From: Corynebacterium glutamicum ATCC 13032
GTDB lineage: Bacteria > Actinomycetota > Actinomycetes > Mycobacteriales > Mycobacteriaceae
Length of the DNA: 32,000 nucleotides
NCBI RefSeq assembly: GCF_000011325.1
Contig: NC_003450.3
Coordinates: forward strand, 1,110,001-1,142,000
Direction: 5' to 3'
Positions within the stretch are counted from its first letter, which is position 1. Each line of letters begins with the position of its first letter. The position numbers and the translations under genes are program-made. Shown here in pieces: positions 1-7,747 of the stretch. The notes below the pieces were generated by a model. It searched no databases and was not told the origin of the DNA. It was given only the letters and a program-made list of their open reading frames with translations.

Positions 1-1
1 G

Positions 2-1435
2 GGCTACTTGCCACAGGAACACACCCGCACGTCTGGAGAGACGATCGCAGTTTACATTGCTCGTCGAACCGGCTGCCAAGCTGCAACAACTGCCATGGAT
101 GACACCGCCGAAGCGTTTGGTGCGGATCCAGACAACGCTGCCTTGGCCGATGCATACGCCGAGGCGCTGGATCGGTGGATGGCCAGTGGCGCAGCCGATT
201 TGGATGAACGCATCCCCATCGTGCTCGCTGATTTGGGCTTTGAGCTTCCCACCTCGACGCTGATGGAAGGACTTTCAGGCGGGCAGGCAGCCCGGGTCGG
301 GCTGGCGGCGTTACTGTTGTCACGTTTTGACATTGTGCTTCTCGACGAGCCCACCAACGATTTGGATCTCGACGGTCTTGAGCAACTGGAGAATTTTGTT
401 CAGGGGCTTCGCGGGGGAGTCGTACTGGTCAGCCATGATCGTGAGTTTCTTTCCAGGTGTGTGACCACTGTGCTGGAACTCGATCTGCACCAAAATTCCC
501 ACCATGTTTATGGCGGTGGATATGATTCCTACCTTGAGGAACGCGCAGTGCTACGCCAGCACGCCCGTGACCAATATGAGGAATTTGCGGAAAAGAAGAA
601 GGACCTTGTGGCACGTGCTCGAACGCAGCGTGAATGGTCTAGTCACGGTGTCCGCAATGCTATTAAACGTGCACCTGACAACGACAAACTTCGGAAGAAA
701 GCCGCTGCGGAATCCAGTGAAAAGCAGGCTCAAAAAGTCCGCCAGATGGAAAGCCGCATCGCTCGGTTAGAAGAAGTTGAAGAGCCACGTAAAGAATGGA
801 AACTGCAGTTCAGCGTCGGTAAGGCGTCGCGGTCAAGTTCTGTTGTTTCCACGTTGAATGATGCAAGCTTCACCCAAGGCGATTTCACCTTGGGACCAGT
901 ATCCATCCAAGTAAATGCTGGCGATCGCATTGGCATCACAGGACCCAACGGTGCTGGTAAATCCACATTGCTGCGCGGACTATTGGGAAACCAAGAACCC
1001 ACCAGCGGTACTGCCACGATGGGCACGAGCGTGGCGATCGGAGAAATCGATCAGGCACGAGCGTTACTTGATCCACAGTTGCCACTGATTTCTGCGTTTG
1101 AAAAGCATGTTCCAGACTTACCGATCAGTGAGGTGCGCACACTGCTCGCGAAATTTGGGCTGAATGATAATCATGTGGAACGGGACGTCGAAAAGCTATC
1201 TCCTGGCGAGCGCACGCGCGCCGGACTTGCGCTGCTACAGGTGCGGGGCGTCAACGTGCTTGTTCTTGATGAGCCCACCAACCACCTTGACCTGGAGGCC
1301 ATCGAGCAATTGGAGCAAGCGTTGGCCTCGTATGATGGTGTGTTGCTGCTGGTCACGCACGATCGTCGCATGTTGGACGCTGTGCAGACCAATCGTCGTT
1401 GGCATGTCGAGGCTGGCGAAGTTAGGGAGCTATAA
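2..1435 (+). CDS. ABC-F family ATPase (tandem ABC ATPase domains, no membrane domain); 5' end cut by window edge
   Basis: The frame is open from the window edge, and the TTG at 8 is only the ORF-caller start. The first-domain signature LSGGQAARVGLA and Walker B IVLLDEPTNDLD are present, but its Walker A must lie upstream of the window. A K/E/R-rich inter-domain linker follows. The second domain has Walker A GPNGAGKST, signature LSPGERTRAGLA and Walker B VLVLDEPTNHLD. Confidence 0.9.
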   Translation, partial: GYLPQEHTRTSGETIAVYIARRTGCQAATTAMDDTAEAFGADPDNAALADAYAEALDRWMASGAADLDERIPIVLADLGFELPTSTLMEGLSGGQAARVGLAALLLSRFDIVLLDEPTNDLDLDGLEQLENFVQGLRGGVVLVSHDREFLSRCVTTVLELDLHQNSHHVYGGGYDSYLEERAVLRQHARDQYEEFAEKKKDLVARARTQREWSSHGVRNAIKRAPDNDKLRKKAAAESSEKQAQKVRQMESRIARLEEVEEPRKEWKLQFSVGKASRSSSVVSTLNDASFTQGDFTLGPVSIQVNAGDRIGITGPNGAGKSTLLRGLLGNQEPTSGTATMGTSVAIGEIDQARALLDPQLPLISAFEKHVPDLPISEVRTLLAKFGLNDNHVERDVEKLSPGERTRAGLALLQVRGVNVLVLDEPTNHLDLEAIEQLEQALASYDGVLLLVTHDRRMLDAVQTNRRWHVEAGEVREL

Positions 1436-1820
1436 CCGTTTCCGTATTGATGCCATGGTGAATTGATCGCTTCACAGAACACAGGCGATCAATTTTCTTC
1501 GCGGCGCTGGCAATAAGTTTGTCCTGCGCCTGCTGATCGAGGCCTGCCATATCAACTTGCAACGTGTACAGCAGATCAGTGATCAGCCCTGTGGTCTCCG
1601 TGGATTCGACAGTCGCGCTCGCAGTGAAATCCTGGCCCAACTGGTGCGCGAGCTGAGCCTCTGCCGACAAAGAAGCGCAGCCAACAACAGCGGCCTGCAA
1701 TAATTCACCCGGGGAAAACGTCCCAGGAACTCCCGGCGCGCTGACTTTAAGTTCGGCTCCGAAATCATTAACCACAGTGTAAGTGTTTGGGCTGGTGCGG
1801 GTTGCTTTAATGGAGGTCAT
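1422..1820 (-). CDS. OsmC/Ohr-family (peroxiredoxin-like) protein
   Basis: 132 aa. It has the two family-typical Cys contexts (VVGCASLS and RLCSVKRS), and the size fits OsmC. Its stop is in a 14-bp convergent overlap with the ABC-F gene. Confidence 0.8.
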   Translation of the reverse strand: MTSIKATRTSPNTYTVVNDFGAELKVSAPGVPGTFSPGELLQAAVVGCASLSAEAQLAHQLGQDFTASATVESTETTGLITDLLYTLQVDMAGLDQQAQDKLIASAAKKIDRLCSVKRSIHHGINTETVIAP

Positions 1821-1873
1821 GCTCGCAGGCTAACAGAATTGGTGGTTTTAGTGCTGTTACCAGGGACATCGGC

Positions 1874-1879
1874 TAGAAT
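1874..1879 (+). promoter_or_regulatory. candidate -10 hexamer TAGAAT for phnA (near-leaderless transcript)
   Basis: TAGAAT lies 9 nt upstream of the ATG at 1889, with no Shine-Dalgarno between. It matches the actinobacterial TAnnnT -10 pattern. Confidence 0.3.
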
Positions 1880-1888
1880 CTGCTGAAT

Positions 1889-2233
1889 ATGTCTGATCAA
1901 TTAGCTCCCTGCCCTGAGTGCAGCAGTGAATATACCTACGAAAACGGCGGCGTTCTGGTCTGCCCAATGTGTGCCCACGAATGGGTCGAAGGTGAAGTAG
2001 CGGAAGAAACCGCGACTGTCATCAAAGACTCTGTGGGAAATATCCTCAATGATGGCGATTCCGTATCGATTGTGAAGAGCCTCAAAGTCAAGGGTGGCGG
2101 TGCCATCAAGATTGGCACCAAAGTCAGCGGAATTCGTCTTCTTGAAGAGCCAGTTGACGGCCACGACATCGACGCTAAGGTCCCTGGATTTGGTCAAATG
2201 CGACTCAAGTCCAGTGTTGTAAAGAAGGCCTAA
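1889..2233 (+). CDS. phnA: PhnA/YjdM zinc-ribbon protein
   Basis: 114 aa. N-terminal CPxC...CPxC zinc ribbon (CPECSSEYTYENGGVLVCPMCAHEW). C-terminal PhnA-type domain (DGDSVSIVKSLKVKG...IKIGTKV..IRL). Confidence 0.9.
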   Translation: MSDQLAPCPECSSEYTYENGGVLVCPMCAHEWVEGEVAEETATVIKDSVGNILNDGDSVSIVKSLKVKGGGAIKIGTKVSGIRLLEEPVDGHDIDAKVPGFGQMRLKSSVVKKA

Positions 2234-2239
2234 ACCCTT

Positions 2240-2332
2240 TTAAGGAGCTTTAGGGCAACTTGCGCCAGCGGCGGCGATGGTTAAAGCTGAAAGGGCTAAA
2301 ATCGCTGCAAGAGTCGTTGGTACAGCAGTCAT
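2240..2332 (-). CDS. candidate unannotated small ORF, 30-aa hydrophobic peptide MTAVPTTLAAILALSALTIAAAGASCPKAP
   Basis: Hand translation of the minus strand gives an ATG at 2330-2332 preceded by AAAGGGGA and a 5-nt spacer (good SD). The stop TAA is at 2240-2242. There is a single hydrophobic helix followed by Cys. The ORF is below the ORF-track length cut-off. Confidence 0.3.
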   Translation of the reverse strand: MTAVPTTLAAILALSALTIAAAGASCPKAP

Positions 2333-2427
2333 CACAATCCCCTTTGCTTAAAATTTATTAAGGCCTCTTGTATTGGGGCCTTTAATGCTAGATCTTTTAT
2401 ATCATTAGGCTGTGAAGTGGGGAAGTG

Positions 2428-2452
2428 ATCCACAGAAATAAATTCTGTGGAT
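2428..2452. terminator. perfect 10-bp inverted repeat hairpin (ATCCACAGAA-ATAAA-TTCTGTGGAT) downstream of the MarR gene
   Basis: Arms at 2428-2437 and 2443-2452. It sits 29 nt past the marR-family stop. A T-run (ATGGTTTTA) follows only on the plus strand, so its role as a terminator or a binding site is uncertain. Confidence 0.35.
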
Positions 2453-2480
2453 ATGGTTTTAGAGGTGCGTTTATGGGCAC

Positions 2481-2957
2481 TTAGGGGCGGGGCCACTTCA
2501 TATCGAGGTATTCTTCCAAGCTTTCATTGTGCTTCCGCAATAGCTTGGCATGCGTTTTAATGTCTTCCTCATCCCAATCATGAAGAATGCGGGTGAGATC
2601 CTGCTGGCGGGCAAGAAGCTCCTGCTGCAGTTTTTCTTTACCCAACTCAGTTGGACGATGAAGTTTAGCGGGGCATGCTTGATCATCGACGACTTCAATT
2701 AAGCCATTGGCAATGGCTGCTTTGAGTTGGCGGTGCACGGTAGAAACGTTAAGTCCAAAGCTTTCAGCTAGCTCATTAACTGTCATAGGTCCTTGAGCGT
2801 CAAGGCGGGTGAGCAAGATGAGGGCGCTGCGATCCATGATGGCTTCGCGCTTGTTGGTCGGTGTGTTTTGGACACCATACCGGGTGAGCAGGATGATCTC
2901 ATACGCGAGTTGATCGAGGGTTTCAGCTTGGTCGAACTCTTCTGGATCTGTAGACAC
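2481..2957 (-). CDS. MarR-family transcriptional regulator
   Basis: 158 aa with a winged-HTH core MTVNELAESFGLNVSTVHRQLKAAIANGLI. GTG start. Divergent from an MFS transporter gene. Confidence 0.9.
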   Translation of the reverse strand: MSTDPEEFDQAETLDQLAYEIILLTRYGVQNTPTNKREAIMDRSALILLTRLDAQGPMTVNELAESFGLNVSTVHRQLKAAIANGLIEVVDDQACPAKLHRPTELGKEKLQQELLARQQDLTRILHDWDEEDIKTHAKLLRKHNESLEEYLDMKWPRP

Positions 2958-3022
2958 TATGGTAATTCGCTCCCTTTAAAAACGTCTGGACTCATAGAGT
3001 ATTTTATATCCTAGCAAGGGTG

Positions 3023-3038
3023 TTGCATGATGCAATAA
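3023..3038. promoter_or_regulatory. operator-like palindrome copy 1: TTGCATGATGCAATAA
   Basis: The core TTGCAT-G-ATGCAA is a perfect inverted repeat. An identical 16-mer recurs 43 bp downstream. Confidence 0.55.
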
Positions 3039-3065
3039 ACGTGGTAGTTTGTGTTCATAACAAAA

Positions 3066-3081
3066 TTGCATGATGCAATAA
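3066..3081. promoter_or_regulatory. operator-like palindrome copy 2: TTGCATGATGCAATAA
   Basis: Identical 16-mer ending 21 nt upstream of the MFS GTG start. It overlaps an AATAAT -10-like sequence. Confidence 0.55.
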
Positions 3082-3101
3082 TTTCGATTTAAAGGAGAAC
3101 A

Positions 3102-4322
3102 GTGTCCGTAGCTGAAGAAGGGAAACTTTTTACACCAACGTTTGTCATGGGATGGTTTGCCAACCTTTTCCAGTTCCTGGTGTTCTACTTCCTCATCACC
3201 ACCATGGCTTTGTACGCCATCAAGGAATTTCAAGCCTCTGAAGTAGAAGCTGGCTTCGCATCCAGCTCAATTGTTATCGGCGCAGTCTTTTCCAGGTTTT
3301 TCTCCGGCTATATTATTGACCGTTTTGGTCGACGCAAGATTGTGCTCATCTCAGTCCTAGTCACTACCATTGCGTGTGCCTTGTACCTTCCCATCGAATC
3401 ATTGCCATTGCTATACGCAAACAGGTTCCTCCACGGTGTTGGATACGCTTTTGCTGCCACCGCGATCATGGCAATGGTCCAGGAGCTCATTCCAGCGTCA
3501 CGACGTTCCGAAGGTACTGGTTACCTGGCATTGGGCACTACCGTTTCTGCAGCACTTGGACCAGCCCTAGCACTTTTTGTCCTAGGAACATTTGATTACG
3601 ACATGCTGTTTATCGTGGTCTTGGCAACCTCGGTCATCTCTTTGATCGCCGTCGTGTTCATGTACTTTAAGACCAGCGACCCTGAGCCTTCTGGGGAACC
3701 AGCCAAGTTCAGCTTCAAATCTATTATGAACCCAAAGATCATCCCCATCGGCATCTTTATCTTGCTTATTTGCTTTGCTTACTCTGGCGTCATTGCCTAC
3801 ATCAACGCATTTGCTGAAGAACGCGATCTGATTACGGGTGCTGGATTGTTCTTCATTGCCTACGCAGTATCAATGTTTGTGATGCGCAGCTTCCTTGGCA
3901 AACTGCAGGACCGTCGCGGAGACAACGTCGTTATTTACTTTGGATTGTTCTTCTTCGTTATTTCCTTGACGATTTTGTCCTTTGCCACTTCCAACTGGCA
4001 CGTTGTGTTGTCCGGAGTCATTGCAGGTCTGGGATACGGCACTTTGATGCCAGCAGTGCAGTCCATCGCTGTTGGTGTAGTAGACAAAACCGAATTCGGT
4101 ACGGCCTTCTCCACTTTGTTCCTGTTTGTGGACTTAGGTTTTGGCTTTGGACCTATTATCCTGGGAGCAGTTTCTGCGGCAATTGGTTTCGGACCTATGT
4201 ATGCAGCACTGGCAGGTGTGGGTGTGATTGCCGGAATCTTCTACCTGTTCACACACGCTCGCACCGATCGAGCTAAGAATGGCTTTGTTAAACACCCAGA
4301 GCCTGTCGCTTTAGTTAGCTAG
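3102..4322 (+). CDS. MFS transporter (12-TM, drug-efflux-like)
   Basis: 406 aa, uniformly hydrophobic. MFS motif A GYIIDRFGRRKIV. GTG start preceded by AAAGGAG. Confidence 0.9.
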   Translation: MSVAEEGKLFTPTFVMGWFANLFQFLVFYFLITTMALYAIKEFQASEVEAGFASSSIVIGAVFSRFFSGYIIDRFGRRKIVLISVLVTTIACALYLPIESLPLLYANRFLHGVGYAFAATAIMAMVQELIPASRRSEGTGYLALGTTVSAALGPALALFVLGTFDYDMLFIVVLATSVISLIAVVFMYFKTSDPEPSGEPAKFSFKSIMNPKIIPIGIFILLICFAYSGVIAYINAFAEERDLITGAGLFFIAYAVSMFVMRSFLGKLQDRRGDNVVIYFGLFFFVISLTILSFATSNWHVVLSGVIAGLGYGTLMPAVQSIAVGVVDKTEFGTAFSTLFLFVDLGFGFGPIILGAVSAAIGFGPMYAALAGVGVIAGIFYLFTHARTDRAKNGFVKHPEPVALVS

Positions 4323-4348
4323 TTCTTTCAGCTTTCCCTCCCGATCAG

Positions 4349-4356
4349 CGTAAACC
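4349..4356. repeat. left 8-bp target-site duplication CGTAAACC of ISCg1
   Basis: An identical octamer is found immediately outside the right IS end at 5810-5817. Confidence 0.9.
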
Positions 4357-4380
4357 GGCCCTTCCGGTTTTGGGGTACAT
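4357..4380. repeat. IS left inverted repeat GGCCCTTCCGGTTTTGGGGTACAT
   Basis: Pairs with the reverse complement of 5786-5809 (GGCTCTTCCTGTTTTAGAGTGCAT), 19/24 identical. Confidence 0.9.
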
Positions 4381-4419
4381 CACAGAACCTGGGCTAGCGG
4401 TGTAGACCCGAAAATAAAC

Positions 4420-4480
4420 GAGCCTTTTGTCAGGGTTAAGGTTTAGGTATCTAAGCTAACCAAACACCAACAAAAGGCTC
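4420..4480 (+). promoter_or_regulatory. IS-internal 11-bp perfect inverted repeat (GAGCCTTTTGT ... ACAAAAGGCTC) able to occlude the transposase ribosome-binding region
   Basis: Arms at 4420-4430 and 4470-4480. The right arm ends 5 nt before the ATG at 4486 and contains the only purine-rich AAGG. Confidence 0.4.
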
Positions 4481-4485
4481 TACCC

Positions 4486-5796
4486 ATGAAGTCTACCGGC
4501 AACATCATCGCTGACACCATCTGCCGCACTGCGGAACTAGGACTCACCATCACCGGCGCTTCCGATGCAGGTGATTACACCCTGATCGAAGCAGACGCAC
4601 TCGACTACACCTCCACCTGCCCAGAATGCTCCCAACCTGGGGTGTTTCGTCATCACACCCACCGGATGCTCATTGATTTACCCATCGTCGGGTTTCCCAC
4701 CAAACTGTTTATCCGTCTACCTCGCTACCGCTGCACCAACCCCACATGTAAGCAAAAGTATTTCCAAGCAGAACTAAGCTGCGCTGACCACGGTAAAAAG
4801 GTCACCCACCGGGTCACCCGCTGGATTTTACAACGCCTTGCTATTGACCGGATGAGTGTTCACGCAACCGCGAAAGCACTTGGGCTAGGGTGGGATTTAA
4901 CCTGCCAACTAGCCCTCGATATGTGCCGTGAGCTGGTCTATAACGATCCTCACCATCTTGATGGAGTGTATGTCATTGGGGTGGATGAGCATAAGTGGTC
5001 ACATAATAGGGCTAAGCATGGTGATGGGTTTGTCACCGTGATTGTCGATATGACCGGGCATCGGTATGACTCACGGTGTCCTGCCCGGTTATTAGATGTC
5101 GTCCCAGGTCGTAGTGCTGATGCTTTACGGTCCTGGCTTGGCTCCCGCGGTGAACAGTTCCGCAATCAGATACGGATCGTGTCCATGGATGGATTCCAAG
5201 GCTACGCCACAGCAAGTAAAGAACTCATTCCTTCTGCTCGTCGCGTGATGGATCCATTCCATGTTGTGCGGCTTGCTGGTGACAAGCTCACCGCCTGCCG
5301 GCAACGCCTCCAGCGGGAGAAATACCAGCGTCGTGGTTTAAGCCAGGATCCGTTGTATAAAAACCGGAAGACCTTGTTGACCACGCACAAGTGGTTGAGT
5401 CCTCGTCAGCAAGAAAGCTTGGAGCAGTTGTGGGCGTATGACAAAGACTACGGGGCGTTAAAGCTTGCGTGGCTTGCGTATCAGGCGATTATTGATTGTT
5501 ATCAGATGGGTAATAAGCGTGAAGCGAAGAAGAAAATGCGGACCATTATTGATCAGCTTCGGGTGTTGAAGGGGCCGAATAAGGAACTCGCGCAGTTGGG
5601 TCGTAGTTTGTTTAAACGACTTGGTGATGTGTTGGCGTATTTCGATGTTGGTGTCTCCAACGGTCCGGTCGAAGCGATCAACGGACGGTTGGAGCATTTG
5701 CGTGGGATTGCTCTAGGTTTCCGTAATTTGAACCACTACATTCTGCGGTGCCTTATCCATTCAGGGCAGTTGGTCCATAAGATCAATGCACTCTAA
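4486..5796 (+). CDS. tnp: ISL3-family transposase (ISCg1/IS31831)
   Basis: 436 aa. N-terminal zinc-finger-like CPEC...C..PTC. The protein is recognisable as the C. glutamicum ISCg1 transposase. Its stop codon lies inside the right inverted repeat. Confidence 0.95.
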   Translation: MKSTGNIIADTICRTAELGLTITGASDAGDYTLIEADALDYTSTCPECSQPGVFRHHTHRMLIDLPIVGFPTKLFIRLPRYRCTNPTCKQKYFQAELSCADHGKKVTHRVTRWILQRLAIDRMSVHATAKALGLGWDLTCQLALDMCRELVYNDPHHLDGVYVIGVDEHKWSHNRAKHGDGFVTVIVDMTGHRYDSRCPARLLDVVPGRSADALRSWLGSRGEQFRNQIRIVSMDGFQGYATASKELIPSARRVMDPFHVVRLAGDKLTACRQRLQREKYQRRGLSQDPLYKNRKTLLTTHKWLSPRQQESLEQLWAYDKDYGALKLAWLAYQAIIDCYQMGNKREAKKKMRTIIDQLRVLKGPNKELAQLGRSLFKRLGDVLAYFDVGVSNGPVEAINGRLEHLRGIALGFRNLNHYILRCLIHSGQLVHKINAL

Positions 5797-5809
5797 AACA
5801 GGAAGAGCC
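5786..5809. repeat. IS right inverted repeat
   Basis: ATGCACTCTAAAACAGGAAGAGCC is the reverse-complement partner of 4357-4380. Confidence 0.9.
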
Positions 5810-5817
5810 CGTAAACC
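5810..5817. repeat. right 8-bp target-site duplication CGTAAACC
   Basis: Identical to 4349-4356. Confidence 0.9.
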
Positions 5818-5828
5818 TCTGACTAGCG

Positions 5829-6905
5829 TCACCCTCTGATTAAGGCGACCGCGGATTTAAGAGCAGAGGCTGCCACGAGCGCATCTTCACGGCTGTGTGT
5901 TGTACTAAAAGTACAGCGCACAGCCGTTCGTGCTTGATCCTCCTCAAGCCCCAACGCCAGCAACACATGGGATACCTCTCCGGAACCACAGGCAGAACCA
6001 GGGGAGCACACAATGCCTTGGCGTTCCAATTCCAGAAGAACAGTTTCAGATCCTATGCTGTCGAAGAGAAAAGATGCGTGTCCATCAATGCGCATCCTAG
6101 GATGTCCAGTCAGGTGTGCTCCCGGGATAGTGAGAACTTCCTCGATGAATTCGCCAAGATCTGGATAGGATTCCGCCCTGGCCAATTCCAAGGCAGTGGC
6201 AAAGGCGATAGCCCCCGCAACGTTTTCCGTGCCACTACGCCGCCCTTTTTCCTGGCCGCCGCCATGGATTACCGGCTCCAGGGGAAGCTTTGACCATAAC
6301 ACTCCAATCCCTTTAGGCGCACCGAATTTATGACCCGACAAACTTAACGCGTCAACTCCCAAGTCAAAGGTTAAATGTGCAGCTTGCACTGCATCGGTGT
6401 GAAAAGGCGTACTGCTTACCGCCGCCAACTCAGCTATCGGCTGAATGGTTCCCACCTCATTGTTGGCATAACCAATGCTGATCAATGTGGTGTCCGGCCT
6501 GACTGCTTTGCGGAGACCCTCCGGGGAGATCAGCCCAGTGTGATCGGGGGATAGGTAGGTGATCTCGAAATCATGAAACCTTTCAAGATAAGCAGCAGTT
6601 TCTAGGACACTGTCATGCTCGATCGGGGTGGTGATGAGGTGCCGGCCACGAGGATTAGCTAAGCACGCTCCTTTGATAGCGAGGTTGTTGGCTTCTGATC
6701 CACCCGACGTAAACGTCACCTGTGTGGGGCGTCCTCCGATAATGCGGGCCACCCGAGTTCGAGCATCCTCCAGCCCCGCAGAGGCGAGTCTTCCCACCTC
6801 ATGGGGACTTGACGGATTGCCAAACGCTCCGGTGAGATAAGGCCACATGGCCTCAAGTGCTTCATTGCGCACACTGGTGGTGGCTGCATTATCAAGGTAG
6901 AGCAT
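5829..6905 (-). CDS. nadS: NifS-like cysteine desulfurase of the NAD operon
   Basis: 358 aa class-V aminotransferase fold. PLP-lysine motif SLSGHKFGAPKGIG and catalytic Cys loop CSPGSACGSG. Its start overlaps the nadC stop (TAATG). Confidence 0.9.
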   Translation of the reverse strand: MLYLDNAATTSVRNEALEAMWPYLTGAFGNPSSPHEVGRLASAGLEDARTRVARIIGGRPTQVTFTSGGSEANNLAIKGACLANPRGRHLITTPIEHDSVLETAAYLERFHDFEITYLSPDHTGLISPEGLRKAVRPDTTLISIGYANNEVGTIQPIAELAAVSSTPFHTDAVQAAHLTFDLGVDALSLSGHKFGAPKGIGVLWSKLPLEPVIHGGGQEKGRRSGTENVAGAIAFATALELARAESYPDLGEFIEEVLTIPGAHLTGHPRMRIDGHASFLFDSIGSETVLLELERQGIVCSPGSACGSGEVSHVLLALGLEEDQARTAVRCTFSTTHSREDALVAASALKSAVALIRG

Positions 6906-7744
6906 TAGAAAATATCGAGTCCTAGGTCAAGTGCATGCACAGAATGGGTAAGCGCTCCAACGGAAATGACGTCGACACCGGTTGATGCAATCTTTCCCGC
7001 GGTGTTGAGGTTGACTCCGCCAGATGCTTCCACCAGTGCACGTCCACCAATGAGATCAACGCCTTCGATGAGCTGATCAATGGTGAAATTATCCAACATG
7101 ATGGTGTCCACACCAGCAGCAAGAACTGGTTCGATCTGCTCTATATGATCAACTTCGACTTCCACATGGGTGGTGTGGGGGAGTTTAGCTTTCATATTCG
7201 ACAGCGCTTCAGTGATGCTGAGCCCCTGGGATGCGATGGCTGCGAGATGGTTATCTTTCACCATGACAGCATCGGACAAGGTGGCTCGGTGATTAAATCC
7301 GCCACCGTCACGGACAGCTTGGCGTTCAATGATGCGCAGGCCGGGTGTGGTTTTCCGGGTATCAACAATGCGGGCTTTGGTGCCTTTAACCTCTGCAACA
7401 TAGCACGATGTCAATGTAGCGATGCCGGACGTCCTCTGAATGAAGTTGAGAGCAATGCGCTCTGAACGGAGGATGCTTCTAGCACTGCCGGTAATTGTTC
7501 CTAGGATGTCCCCGGTTTCAAAGCTGTCACCATCAGCCACCTTAAGGGATGCGTTTATCCTAGGATCGACGAGCCGGAAGGAGGCGTCGAAAAGCGCCTG
7601 CCCGCTGAACACACCTGGCTCCCGGGCAACAACCTTGGCGCTCAGCTGCGCCGATCCTGGGATAAAAGTGTCGGAGGTAATGTCGCCCCATGGCGCATCC
7701 TCGGATAACGCTGCGCCAACGATGCGGTCAATATGGGTAGTCAT
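6905..7744 (-). CDS. nadC: quinolinate phosphoribosyltransferase (decarboxylating)
   Basis: 279 aa type-II PRTase. Family-typical stretches RIALNFIQRTSGIAT, DTRKTTPGLR and MLDNF. It sits between nadA and nadS. Confidence 0.95.
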   Translation of the reverse strand: MTTHIDRIVGAALSEDAPWGDITSDTFIPGSAQLSAKVVAREPGVFSGQALFDASFRLVDPRINASLKVADGDSFETGDILGTITGSARSILRSERIALNFIQRTSGIATLTSCYVAEVKGTKARIVDTRKTTPGLRIIERQAVRDGGGFNHRATLSDAVMVKDNHLAAIASQGLSITEALSNMKAKLPHTTHVEVEVDHIEQIEPVLAAGVDTIMLDNFTIDQLIEGVDLIGGRALVEASGGVNLNTAGKIASTGVDVISVGALTHSVHALDLGLDIF

Positions 7745-7747
7745 AAA

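Larger units (their letters stand above)
4357..5809 (+). mobile_element. complete ISCg1 / IS31831-type insertion sequence (ISL3 family), 1453 bp
   Basis: Imperfect 24-bp terminal inverted repeats (19/24 matches), a single 436-aa transposase ORF and flanking 8-bp direct repeats. The 1453-bp length matches my recollection of IS31831. Confidence 0.95.

Noticed and set aside
8-10. TTG at position 8 as the true start of the ABC-F gene
   Set aside because: The frame is open to the window edge, and the first ABC domain lacks its Walker A and Q-loop. The gene must begin upstream of the window.
2351-2385. Imperfect hairpin AAGGCC...GGCCTT in the phnA-marR gap
   Set aside because: It has a short stem with a bulge and no flanking T-run, so it is weaker than the nearby 10-bp perfect repeat. 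It is not reported as a terminator.
4349-5817. Possibility that the IS marks a composite transposon or the border of a genomic island
   Set aside because: There is only one IS copy in 32 kb. Perfect 8-bp target duplications indicate a simple insertion. The flanking genes (MFS transporter, NAD operon) look like ordinary chromosomal content.
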